The notes under the pieces: model-generated
The model's input: the letters and a program-made list of their open reading frames with translations, nothing else
Told to the model about the DNA's origin: nothing
Database searches by the model: none
From: Azolla caroliniana
Lineage: Eukaryota; Plantae; Polypodiophyta
DNA length: 64,000 bases
Direction of reading: 5' to 3'
Assembly (NCBI GenBank): GCA_043228905.1
Contig: JBHGNT010000066.1
Coordinates: forward strand, 1 to 64,000
Position numbers and translations under genes: made by a program
Part shown: positions 1 to 12,960 of the stretch, piece by piece
How the letters are laid out: each line of letters starts with the position of its first letter
How positions within the stretch are numbered: the first letter of the stretch is position 1

Positions 1-3000
1 AGCTATGATATGGAATTCAAAAATCAAGATTTTGAAACTCAGGTCGAGAGACATGACGAAATTATCAAACATGAGGATTCAGTTGAGAGGAGCCCTTGAG
101 TAAATTAAAATGTTCATACCTAGCGAGTGTGATATCGGATTTCTGTGTTCAAACATGCGAATCGAAGCTAACAACGCTAGCTATGATATGGAATTAACAA
201 ATCAAGATTTTGAAACTCAGGTCGAGAGACATGACGAAATTAGCAAACATGAGGAGGGAGTTCAGAGGAACCTTTGAGTAAATTAAAATGTTCATACCTG
301 GCTCGTGTGATATCGGATTTTTGTGTTCAAACATGCGAATCGAAGCTAACAACGCTAGCTATGATATGGAATTAACAAATCAAGATTTTGAAACTCAGGT
401 CGAGAGACATGACGGAATTAGCAAACATGAGGAGTGAGTTGAGAGGAGCCCTTGAGTAAATTAAAATGTTCATACCTAGCGAGTGTGATATCGGATTTTT
501 GTGTTCAAACATGCGAATCGAAGCTAACAACGCTAGCTATGATATGGAATTAACAAATCAAGATTTTGAAACTCAGGTCGAGAGACATGACGGAATTAGC
601 AAACATGAGGAGTGAGTTGAGAGGAGCCCTTGAGTAAATTAAAATGTTCATACCTAGCGAGTGTGATATCGGATTTTTGTGTTCAAACATGCGAATCGAA
701 GCTAACAACGCTAGCTATGATATGGAATTCAAAAATCAAGATTTTGAAACTCAGGTCGAGAGACATGACGAAATTACCAAATTTGAGGAGTGAGTTGAGA
801 GGAGCCCTTGAGTAAATTAAAATGTTCATACCTGGCGAGTGTGATATCGGATTTTTGTGTTCAAACATGCGAATCGAAGCTAACAACACTAGCTATGATA
901 TGGAATTCAAAAATCAAGATTTTGAAACTCAGGTCGAGAGACATGACGAAATTAGCAAACATGAGGAGGGAGTTCAGAGGAACCTTTGAGTAAATTAAAA
1001 TGTTCATACCTGGCTCGTGTGATATCGGATTTTTGATTTCAAACATGCGAATCGAAGCTAACAACGCTAGCTATGATATGGAATTAACAAATCAAGATTT
1101 TGAAACTCAGGTCGAGAGACATGACGGAATTAGCAAACATGAGGAGTGAGTTGAGAGGAGCCCTTGAGTAAATTAAAATGTTCATACCTAGCGAGTGTGA
1201 TATCGGATTTTTGTGTTCAAACATGCGAATCGAAGCTAACAACGCTAGCTATGATATGGAATTCAAAAATCAAGATTTTGAAACTCAGGTCGAGAGACAT
1301 GACGAAATTACCAAATTTGAGGAGTGAGTTGAGAGGAGCCCTTGAGTAAATTAAAATGTTCATACCTGGCGAGTGTGATATCGGATTTTTGTGTACAAAC
1401 ATGCGAATCGAAGCTAACAACGCTAGCTATGATATGGAATTTAAAAATCAAGATTTTGAAACTCAGGTCGAGAGACATGACGAAATTAGCAAACATGAGG
1501 AGGGAGTTCAGAGGAACCTTTGAGTAAATTAAAATGTTCATACCTGGCTCGTGTGATATCGGATTTTTGTGTTCAAACATGCGAATCGAAGCTAACAACA
1601 CTAGCTATGATATGGAATTCAAAAATCAAGATTTTGAAACTCAGGTCGAGAGACATGACGAAATTAGCAAACATGAGGAGGGAGTTTAGAGGAACCTTTG
1701 AGTAAATTAAAATGTTCATACCTGGCTCGTGTGATATCGGATTTTTGTGTTCAAACATGCGAATCGAAGCTAACAACGCTAGCTATGATATAGAATTAAC
1801 AAATCAAGATTTTGAAACTCAGGTCGAGAGACATGACGGAATTAGCAAACATGAGGAGTGAGTTGAGAGGAGCCCTTGAGTAAATTAAAATGTTCATACC
1901 TAGCGAGTGTGATATCGGATTTTTGTGTTCAAACATGCGAATCGAAGCTAACAACGCTAGCTATAATATGGAATTCAAAAATCAAGATTTTGAAACTCAG
2001 GTCGAGAGACATGACGAAATTACCAAATTTGAGGAGTGAGTTGAGAGGAGCCCTTGAGTAAATTAAAATGTTCATACCTGGCGAGTGTGATATCGGATTT
2101 TTGTGTACAAACATGCGAATCGAAGCTAACAACGCTAGCTATGATATGGAATTTAAAAATCAAGATTTTGAAACTCAGGTCGAGAGACATGACGAAATTA
2201 GCAAACATGAGGAGGGAGTTCAGAGGAACCTTTGAGTAAATTAAAATGTTCATACCTGGCTCGTGTGATATCGGATTTTTGTGTTCAAACATGCGAATCG
2301 AAGCTAACAACGCTAGCTATGATATGGAATTAACAAATCAAGATTTTGAAACTCAGGTCGAGAGACATGACGGAATTAGCAAACATGAGGAGTGAGTTGA
2401 GAGGAGCCCTTGAGTAAATTAAAATGTTCATACCTAGCGAGTGTGATATCGGATTTTTGTGTTCAAACATGCGAATCGAAGCTAACAACGCTAGCTATGA
2501 TATGGAATTCAAAAATCAAGATTTTGAAACTCAGGTCGAGAGACATGACGAAATTACCAAATTTGAGGAGTGAGTTGAGAGGAGCCCTTGAGTAAATTAA
2601 AATGTTCATACCTGGCTCGTGTGATATCGGATTTTTGTGTTCAAACATGCGAATCGAAGCTAACAACACTAGCTATGATATGGAATTAACAAATCAAGAT
2701 TTTGAAACTCAGGTCGAGAGACATGACGAAATTAGCAAATATGAGGAGGGAGTTCAGAGGAACCTTTGAGTAAATTAAAATGTTCATACCTGGCTCGTGT
2801 GATATCGGATTTTTGTGTTCAAACATGCGAATCGAAGCTAACAACGCTAGCTATGATATGGAATTTAAAAATCAAGATTTTGAAACTCAGGTCGAGAGAC
2901 ATGACGAAATTAGCAAACATGAGGAGGGAGTTCAGAGGAACCTTTGAGTAAATTAAAATGTTCATACCTGGCTCGTGTGATATCGGATTTTTGTGTTCAA

Positions 3001-6000
3001 ACATGCGAATCGAAGCTAACAACGCTAGCTATGATATGGAATTAACAAATCAAGATTTTGAAACTCAGGTCGAGAGACATGACGGAATTAGCAAACATGA
3101 GGAGTGAGTTGAGAGGAGCCCTTGAGTAAATTAAAATGTTCATACCTAGCGAGTGTGATATCGGATTTTTGTGTTCAAACATGCGAATCGAAGCTAACAA
3201 CGCTAGCTATGATATGGAATTCAAAAATCAAGATTTTGAAACTCAGGTCGAGAGACATGACGAAATTACCAAATTTGAGGAGTGAGTTGAGAGGAGCCCT
3301 TGAGTAAATTAAAATGTTCATACCTGGCTCGTGTGATATCGGATTTTTGTGTTCAAACATGCGAATCGAAGCTAACAACACTAGCTATGATATGGAATTA
3401 ACAAATCAAGATTTTGAAACTCAGGTCGAGAGACATGACGAAATTAGCAAATATGAGGAGGGAGTTCAGAGGAACCTTTGAGTAAATTAAAATGTTCATA
3501 CCTGGCTCGTGTGATATCGGATTTTTGTGTTCAAACATGCGAATCGAAGCTAACAACACTAGCTATGATATGGAATTCAAAAATCAAGATTTTGAAACTC
3601 AGGTCGAGAGACATGACGAAATTAGCAAACATGAGGAGGGAGTTCAGAGGAACCTTTGAGTAAATTAAAATGTTCATACCTGGCTCGTGTGATATCGGAT
3701 TTTTGTGTTCAAACATGCGAATCGAAGCTAACAACGCTAGCTATGATATGGAATTAACCAATCAAGATTTTGAAACTCAGGTCGAGAGACATGACGAAAT
3801 TACCAAATTTGAGGAGTGAGTTGAGAGGAGCCCTTGAGTAAATTAAAATGTTCATACCTGGCGAGTGTGATATCGGATTTTTGTGTTCAAACATGCGAAT
3901 CGAAGCTAACAACGCTAGCTATGATATGGAATTCAAAAATCAAGATTTTGAAACTCAGGTCGAGAGACATGACGAAATTACCAAATTTGAGGAGTGAGTT
4001 GAGAGGAGCCCTTGAGTAAATTAAAATGTTCATACCTGGCGAGTGTTATATCGGATTTTTGTGTTCAAACATGCGAATCGAAGCTAACAACGCTAGCTAT
4101 GATATGGAATTCAAAAATCAAGATTTTGAAACTCAGGTCGAGAGACATGACGAAATTATCAAACATGAGGATTCAGTTGAGAGGAGCCCTTGAGTAAATT
4201 AAAATGTTCATACCTAGCGAGTGTGATATCGGATTTCTGTGTTCAAACATGCGAATCGAAGCTAACAACGCTAGCTATGATATGGAATTAACAAATCAAG
4301 ATTTTGAAACTCAGGTCGAGAGACATGACGAAATTAGCAAACATGAGGAGGGAGTTCAGAGGAACCTTTGAGTAAATTAAAATGTTCATACCTGGCTCGT
4401 GTGATATCGGATTTTTGTGTTCAAACATGCGAATCGAAGCTAACAACGCTAGCTATGATATGGAATTAACAAATCAAGATTTTGAAACTCAGGTCGAGAG
4501 ACATGACGGAATTAGCAAACATGAGGAGTGAGTTGAGAGGAGCCCTTGAGTAAATTAAAATGTTCATACCTAGCGAGTGTGATATCGGATTTTTGTGTTC
4601 AAACATGCGAATCGAAGCTAACAACGCTAGCTATGATATGGAATTAACAAATCAAGATTTTGAAACTCAGGTCGAGAGACATGACGGAATTAGCAAACAT
4701 GAGGAGTGAGTTGAGAGGAGCCCTTGAGTAAATTAAAATGTTCATACCTAGCGAGTGTGATATCGGATTTTTGTGTTCAAACATGCGAATCGAAGCTAAC
4801 AACGCTAGCTATGATATGGAATTCAAAAATCAAGATTTTGAAACTCAGGTCGAGAGACATGACGAAATTACCAAATTTGAGGAGTGAGTTGAGAGGAGCC
4901 CTTGAGTAAATTAAAATGTTCATACCTGGCGAGTGTGATATCGGATTTTTGTGTTCAAACATGCGAATCGAAGCTAACAACACTAGCTATGATATGGAAT
5001 TCAAAAATCAAGATTTTGAAACTCAGGTCGAGAGACATGACGAAATTAGCAAACATGAGGAGGGAGTTCAGAGGAACCTTTGAGTAAATTAAAATGTTCA
5101 TACCTGGCTCGTGTGATATCGGATTTTTGATTTCAAACATGCGAATCGAAGCTAACAACGCTAGCTATGATATGGAATTAACAAATCAAGATTTTGAAAC
5201 TCAGGTCGAGAGACATGACGGAATTAGCAAACATGAGGAGTGAGTTGAGAGGAGCCCTTGAGTAAATTAAAATGTTCATACCTAGCGAGTGTGATATCGG
5301 ATTTTTGTGTTCAAACATGCGAATCGAAGCTAACAACGCTAGCTATGATATGGAATTCAAAAATCAAGATTTTGAAACTCAGGTCGAGAGACATGACGAA
5401 ATTACCAAATTTGAGGAGTGAGTTGAGAGGAGCCCTTGAGTAAATTAAAATGTTCATACCTGGCGAGTGTGATATCGGATTTTTGTGTACAAACATGCGA
5501 ATCGAAGCTAACAACGCTAGCTATGATATGGAATTTAAAAATCAAGATTTTGAAACTCAGGTCGAGAGACATGACGAAATTAGCAAACATGAGGAGGGAG
5601 TTCAGAGGAACCTTTGAGTAAATTAAAATGTTCATACCTGGCTCGTGTGATATCGGATTTTTGTGTTCAAACATGCGAATCGAAGCTAACAACACTAGCT
5701 ATGATATGGAATTCAAAAATCAAGATTTTGAAACTCAGGTCGCGAGACATGACGAAATTAGCAAACATGAGGAGGGAGTTTAGAGGAACCTTTGAGTAAA
5801 TTAAAATGTTCATACCTGGCTCGTGTGATATCGGATTTTTGTGTTCAAACATGCGAATCGAAGCTAACAACGCTAGCTATGATATAGAATTAACAAATCA
5901 AGATTTTGAAACTCAGGTCGAGAGACATGACGGAATTAGCAAACATGAGGAGTGAGTTGAGAGGAGCCCTTGAGTAAATTAAAATGTTCATACCTAGCGA

Positions 6001-7651
6001 GTGTGATATCGGATTTTTGTGTTCAAACATGCGAATCGAAGCTAACAACGCTAGCTATAATATGGAATTCAAAAATCAAGATTTTGAAACTCAGGTCGAG
6101 AGACATGACGAAATTACCAAATTTGAGGAGTGAGTTGAGAGGAGCCCTTGAGTAAATTAAAATGTTCATACCTGGCGAGTGTGATATCGGATTTTTGTGT
6201 ACAAACATGCGAATCGAAGCTAACAACGCTAGCTATGATATGGAATTTAAAAATCAAGATTTTGAAACTCAGGTCGAGAGACATGACGAAATTAGCAAAC
6301 ATGAGGAGGGAGTTCAGAGGAACCTTTGAGTAAATTAAAATGTTCATACCTGGCTCGTGTGATATCGGATTTTTGTGTTCAAACATGCGAATCGAAGCTA
6401 ACAACGCTAGCTATGATATGGAATTAACAAATCAAGATTTTGAAACTCAGGTCGAGAGACATGACGGAATTAGCAAACATGAGGAGTGAGTTGAGAGGAG
6501 CCCTTGAGTAAATTAAAATGTTCATACCTAGCGAGTGTGATATCGGATTTTTGTGTTCAAACATGCGAATCGAAGCTAACAACGCTAGCTATGATATGGA
6601 ATTCAAAAATCAAGATTTTGAAACTCAGGTCGAGAGACATGACGAAATTACCAAATTTGAGGAGTGAGTTGAGAGGAGCCCTTGAGTAAATTAAAATGTT
6701 CATACCTGGCTCGTGTGATATCGGATTTTTGTGTTCAAACATGCGAATCGAAGCTAACAACACTAGCTATGATATGGAATTAACAAATCAAGATTTTGAA
6801 ACTCAGGTCGAGAGACATGACGAAATTAGCAAATATGAGGAGGGAGTTCAGAGGAACCTTTGAGTAAATTAAAATGTTCATACCTGGCTCGTGTGATATC
6901 GGATTTTTGTGTTCAAACATGCGAATCGAAGCTAACAACGCTAGCTATGATATGGAATTTAAAAATCAAGATTTTGAAACTCAGGTCGAGAGACATGACG
7001 AAATTAGCAAACATGAGGAGGGAGTTCAGAGGAACCTTTGAGTAAATTAAAATGTTCATACCTGGCTCGTGTGATATCGGATTTTTGTGTTCAAACATGC
7101 GAATCGAAGCTAACAACGCTAGCTATGATATGGAATTAACAAATCAAGATTTTGAAACTCAGGTCGAGAGACATGACGGAATTAGCAAACATGAGGAGTG
7201 AGTTGAGAGGAGCCCTTGAGTAAATTAAAATGTTCATACCTAGCGAGTGTGATATCGGATTTTTGTGTTCAAACATGCGAATCGAAGCTAACAACGCTAG
7301 CTATGATATGGAATTCAAAAATCAAGATTTTGAAACTCAGGTCGAGAGACATGACGAAATTACCAAATTTGAGGAGTGAGTTGAGAGGAGCCCTTGAGTA
7401 AATTAAAATGTTCATACCTGGCTCGTGTGATATCGGATTTTTGTGTTCAAACATGCGAATCGAAGCTAACAACACTAGCTATGATATGGAATTAACAAAT
7501 CAAGATTTTGAAACTCAGGTCGAGAGACATGACGAAATTAGCAAATATGAGGAGGGAGTTCAGAGGAACCTTTGAGTAAATTAAAATGTTCATACCTGGC
7601 TCGTGTGATATCGGATTTTTGTGTTCAAACATGCGAATCGAAGCTAACAAC
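1..7651. repeat. Near-identical tandem duplication with 4094-bp period (23 monomers); second copy partial
   Basis: Rare markers recur at +4094: ATTATCAAAC at 61/4155 and TTTTGATTTC at 1031/5125. ORF pairs 630/4724, 808/4902, 1876/5970, 3122/7216. One difference noted (1649 A vs 5743 C). Match breaks at 3558/7652. 4094 = 23 x 178. Confidence 0.93.
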
Positions 7652-9555
7652 GCTAGCTATGATATGGAATTAACAAATCAAGATTTTGAAACTCAGGTCG
7701 AGAGACATGACGGAATTAGCAAACATGAGGAGTGAGTTGAGAGGAGCCCTTGAGTAAATTAAAATGTTCATACCTAGCGAGTGTGATATCGGATTTTTGT
7801 GTTTAAACATGCGAATCGAAGCTAACAACGCTAGCTATGATATGGAATTAACAAATCAAGATTTTGAAACTCAGGTCGAGAGACATGACGGAATTAGCAA
7901 ACATGAGGAGTGAGTTGAGAGGAGCCCTTGAGTAAATTAAAATGTTCATACCTAGCGAGTGTGATATCGGATTTTTGTGTTCAAACATGCGAATCGAAGC
8001 TAACAACGCTAGCTATGATATGGAATTCAAAAATCAAGATTTTGAAACTCAGGTCGAGAGACATGACGAAATTACCAAATTTGAGGAGTGAGTTGAGAGG
8101 AGCCCTTGAGTAAATTAAAATGTTCATACCTGGCGAGTGTGATATCGGATTTTTGTGTTCAAACATGCGAATCGAAGCTAACAACACTAGCTATGATATG
8201 GAATTCAAAAATCAAGATTTTGAAACTCAGGTCGAGAGACATGACGAAATTAGCAAACATGAGGAGGGAGTTCAGAGGAACCTTTGAGTAAATTAAAATG
8301 TTCATACCTGGCTCGTGTGATATCGGATTTTTGTGTTCAAACATGCGAATCGAAGCTAACAACGCTAGCTATGATATGGAATTAACCAATCAAGATTTTG
8401 AAACTCAGGTCGAGAGACATGACGAAATTACCAAATTTGAGGAGTGAGTTGAGAGGAGCCCTTGAGTAAATTAAAATGTTCATACCTAGCGAGTGTGATA
8501 TCGGATTTTTGTGTTCAAACATGCGAATCGAAGCTAACAACGCTAGCTATGATATGGAATTCAAAAATCAAGATTTTGAAACTCAGGTCGAGAGACATGA
8601 CGAAATTACCAAATTTGAGGAGTGAGTTGAGAGGAGCCCTTGAGTAAATTAAAATGTTCATACCTGGCGAGTGTTATATCGGATTTTTGTGTTCAAACAT
8701 GCGAATCGAAGCTAACAACGCTAGCTATGATATGGAATTAACAAATCAAGATATTGAAACTCAGGTCGAGAGACATGACGAACTTAGCAAACTAGAGGAG
8801 TGAGTTGAGAGGAGCCCTTGAGTAAATTAAAATGTTCATACCTAGCGAGTGTGATATCGGATTTCTGTGTTCAAACATGCGATTTGAAGCTAACAACGCT
8901 AGCTATGATATGGAATTCAAAAGTCAAGATTTTGAAACTCAGGTCGAGAGACATGACGAAATTACCAAATTTGAGGAGTGAGTTGAGAGGAGCCCTTGAG
9001 TAAATTAAAATGTTCATACCTGGCGAGTGTGATATCGGATTTTTGTGTTCAAACATGCGAATCGAAGCTAACAACGCTAGCTATGATATGGAATTTAAAA
9101 ATCAAGATTTTGAAACTCAGGTGGAGAGACATGACGAAATTAGCAAACATGAGGAGGGAGTTCAGAGGAACCATTGAGTAAATTAAAATGTTCATACCTG
9201 GCTCGTGTGATATCAGATTTTTGTGTTCAAACATGCGAATCGAAGCTAACAACGCTAGCTATGATATGGAATTAACAAATCAAAATTTTGAAACTCAGGT
9301 CGAGAGACATGACGAAAATACCAAATTTGAGGAGTGAGGTTGGAAGAGCTAGTAGGTAAATTAAAATGTTCATACCTAGCGAGTGTGATATCGGATTTTT
9401 GTGTACAAACATGCGAATCGAAGCTAACAACGCTAGCTATGATATAGAATTAAAAAATCAAGATTTTGAAACTCAGGTCGAGAGACATGACGAAATTAGC
9501 AAACATGAGGAGTGAGTTGGAAGAGCTAGTAGGTAAATTAAAATGTTCATACCTG

Positions 9556-10690
9556 GCGAGTGTGATATCGGATTTTTGTGTACAAACATGCGAATCGAAG
9601 CTAACAACGCTAGCTATGATATGGAATTAACAAATCAAGATTTTGAAACTCAGGTCGAGAGACATGAAGAAATTAGCAAACTTGAGGAGTGAGTTTAGAG
9701 GAGCCCTTGAGTAAATTAAAATGTTCATACCTGGCGAGTGTTATATCGGATTTTTTTGTACAAACATGCGAATCGAAGCTAACAACGCTAGCTATGATAT
9801 GGAATTAAAAAATCAAGATTATGAAACTCAGGTCGAGACACATGAAGAAATTAGCAAACATGAGGAGTGAGTTGAGACGAGCCCTTGAGTAAATTAAAAT
9901 GTTCATACCTAGCGAGTGTGATATCGGATTTTTTTGTACAAACATGCGAATCGAAGCTAACAACGCTAGCTATGATATGGAATTAACAAATCAAGATTTT
10001 GAAACTCAGGTCGAGAGACATGACGAAATTACAAAATTTGAGGAGTGAGGTTGGAAGAGCTAGTAGGTAAATTAAAATGTTCATACCTAGCGAGTGTGAT
10101 ATCGGATTTTTGTGTACAAACATGCGAATCGAAGCTAACAACGCTAGCTATGATATGGAATTAACAAATCAAGATTTTGAAACTCAGGTCGAGAGACATG
10201 AAGAAATTAGCAAACTTGAGGAGTGAGTTTAGAGGAGCCCTTGAGTAAATTAAAATGTTCATACCTGGCGAGTGTTATATCGGATTTTTTTGTACAAACA
10301 TGCGAATCGAAGCTAACAACGCTAGCTATGATATGGAATTAAAAAATCAAGATTATGAAACTCAGGTCGAGACACATGAAGAAATTAGCAAACATGAGGA
10401 GTGAGTTGAGACGAGCCCTTGAGTAAATTAAAATGTTCATACCTAGCGAGTGTGATATCGGATTTTTTTGTACAAACATGCGAATCGAAGCTAACAACGC
10501 TAGCTATGATATGGAATTAACAAATCAAGATTTTGAAACTCAGGTCGAGAGACATGACGAAATTACAAAATTTGAGGAGTGAGGTTGGAAGAGCTAGTAG
10601 GTAAATTAAAATGTTCATACCTAGCGAGTGTGATATCGGATTTTTGTGTACAAACATGCGAATCGAAGCTAACAACGCTAGCTATGATAT
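9556..10690. repeat. 3-monomer tandem duplication (534 bp, ~2.1 copies)
   Basis: GACATGAAGAAATTAGCAAACTTG at 9661/10195 and GATTATGAAAC at 9817/10351. Flanking mismatches at 9555/10089 and 10157/10691. Confidence 0.88.
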
Positions 10691-12871
10691 AGAATTAAAA
10701 AATCAAGATTTTGAAACTCAGGTCGAGAGACATGACGAAATTAGCAAACATGAGGAGTGAGTTGGAAGAGCTAGTAGGTAAATTAAAATGTTCATACCTG
10801 GCGAGTGTGATATCGGATTTTTGTGTACAAATATGCGAATCGAAGCTAACAACGCTAGCTATGATATGGAATTAAAAAATCAAGATTTTGAAACTCAGGT
10901 CGAGAGACATGACGAAATTAGCAAACATGAGGAGTGAGTTGGAAGAGCTAGTAGGTAAATTAAAATGTTCATACCTAGCGAGTGTGATATCGGCTTTTTG
11001 TGTACAAATATGCGAATCGAAGCTAACAACGCTAGCTATGATATGGAATTAAAAAATCAAGATTTTGAAACTCAGGTCGAGAGACATGACGAAATTACCA
11101 AATTTGAGGAGTGAGTTGAGAGGAGCCCTTGAGTAAATTAAAATGTTCATACCTGGCGAGTGTGATATCGGATTTTTGTGTACAAACATGCGAATCGAAG
11201 CTAACAACGCTAGCTATGATATGGAATTTAAAAATCAAGATTTTGAAACTCTGGTCGAGAGACATGACGAAATTAGCAAACATGAGGAGGGAGTTCAGAG
11301 GAACCATTGAGTAAATTAAAATGTTCATACCTGGCTCGTGTGATATCGGATTTTTGTGTTCAAACATGCGAATCGAAGCTAACAACGCTAGCTATGATAT
11401 GGAATTAACAAATCAAGATTTTGAAACTCAGGTCGAGAGACATGACGAAATTAGCAAACATGAGGATTCAGTTGAGAGGAGCCCTTGAGTAAATTTAAAT
11501 GTTCATACCTAGCGAGTGTGATATCGGATTTCTGTGTTCAAACATGCGAATCGAAGCTAACAACGCTAGCTATGATATGGAATTAACAAATCAAGATATT
11601 GAAACTCAGGTCGAGAGACATGACGAAATTAGCAAACATGAGGAGGGAGTTCAGAGGAACCATTGAGTAAATTAAAATGTTCATACCTGGCTCGTGTGAT
11701 ATCGGATTTTTGTGTTCAAACATGCGAATCGAAGCTAACAACGCTAGCTATGATATGGAATTAACAAATCAAGATTTTGAAACTCAGGTCGAGAGACATG
11801 ACGAAATTACCAAATTTGAGGAGTGAGGTTGGAAGAGCTAGTAGGTAAATTAAAATGTTCATACCTAGCGAGTGTGATATCGGATTTATGTGTTCAAATA
11901 TGCGAATCGAAGCTAACAACGCTAGCTATGATATGGAATTCAAAAATCAACATTTTGAAACTTAGGTCGAGAGACATGACGAAATTACCAAATTTGAGGA
12001 GTGAGTTGAGAGGAGCCCTTGAGTAAATTAAAATGTTCATACCTGGCGAGTGTGATATCGGATTTTTGTGTTCAAACATGCGAATCGAAGCTAACAACGC
12101 TAGCTATGATATGGAATTTAAAAATCAAGATTTTGAAACTCAGCTCGAGAGACACACGAAATTAGCAAACATGAGGAGGGAGTTCAGAGGAACCATTGAG
12201 TAAATTAAAATGTTCATACCTGGCTCGTGTGATATCAGATTTTTGTGTTCAAACATGCGAATCGAAGCTAACAACGCTAGCTATGATATGGAATTAACAA
12301 ATCAAAATTTTGAAACTCAGGTCGAGAGACATGACGAAAATACCAAATTTGAGGAGTGAGGTTGGAAGAGCTAGTAGGTAAATTAAAATGTTCATACCTG
12401 GCGAGTGTGATATCGGATTTTTGTGTTCAAACATGCGAATCGAAGCTAACAACGCTAGCTATGATATGGAATTAAAAAATCAAGATTTTGACACTCAGGT
12501 CGAGAGAGATGATGAAATTAGCAAACATGAGGAGGGAGTTCAGAGCAACCATTGACTGAATTAAAATGTTCATACCTGGCTCATGTGATATCGGATTTTT
12601 GTGTTCCAACATGCGAATCGAAGCTAACAACGCTAGCTATGATATGGAATTGAAAAATCAAGATTTTGAAACTCAGGTCGAGAGACATGACGAAAATACC
12701 AAATTTGAGGAGTGAGTTGAGAGGAGCCCTTGAGTAAATTAAAATGTTCATACCTAGCGAGTGTGATATCGGATTTTTGTGTTCAAACATGCGATTCGAA
12801 GCTAACAACGCTAGCTATGATATAGAATTCAAAAATGAAGATTTTGAAACTCAGGTCGAGAGACATGACGA

Positions 12872-12960
12872 AATTAGCATATTTGAGGAGGGAGTTGAGA
12901 AGAGCGAGTGAGTAAATTAGAATGTTCATACCTGGCTCGTGTGATATCGAATTAGCAAAC
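12872..12960. other. Truncated monomer (100-bp internal deletion), copy 1
   Basis: GTGATATCG is joined directly to AATTAGCAAAC at 12949/12950. In the consensus these are separated by 100 bp. Confidence 0.93.

Noticed and set aside
121-156. Pol III A-box/B-box resemblance (TRGCGAGTG ... GTTCAAAC) suggesting tRNA/SINE origin
   Set aside because: Both boxes are imperfect, they start only ~26 bp apart (too close for a tRNA-type promoter), and no cloverleaf can be drawn.
1-178. Identity with Arabidopsis CEN178 or primate alpha satellite (CENP-B box)
   Set aside because: Only the length is similar. The sequence does not match those consensuses as I recall them, and I see no TTCG....A..CGGG CENP-B box on either strand. 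A BLAST search is needed to settle family identity.
1-356. Satellite-encoded hammerhead ribozyme (as in newt, schistosome and cricket satellites)
   Set aside because: The consensus lacks the CTGANGA core on both strands (CATGACGA on plus, CTGAGTT on minus), so the catalytic core cannot be built. An Infernal/Rfam scan would confirm.
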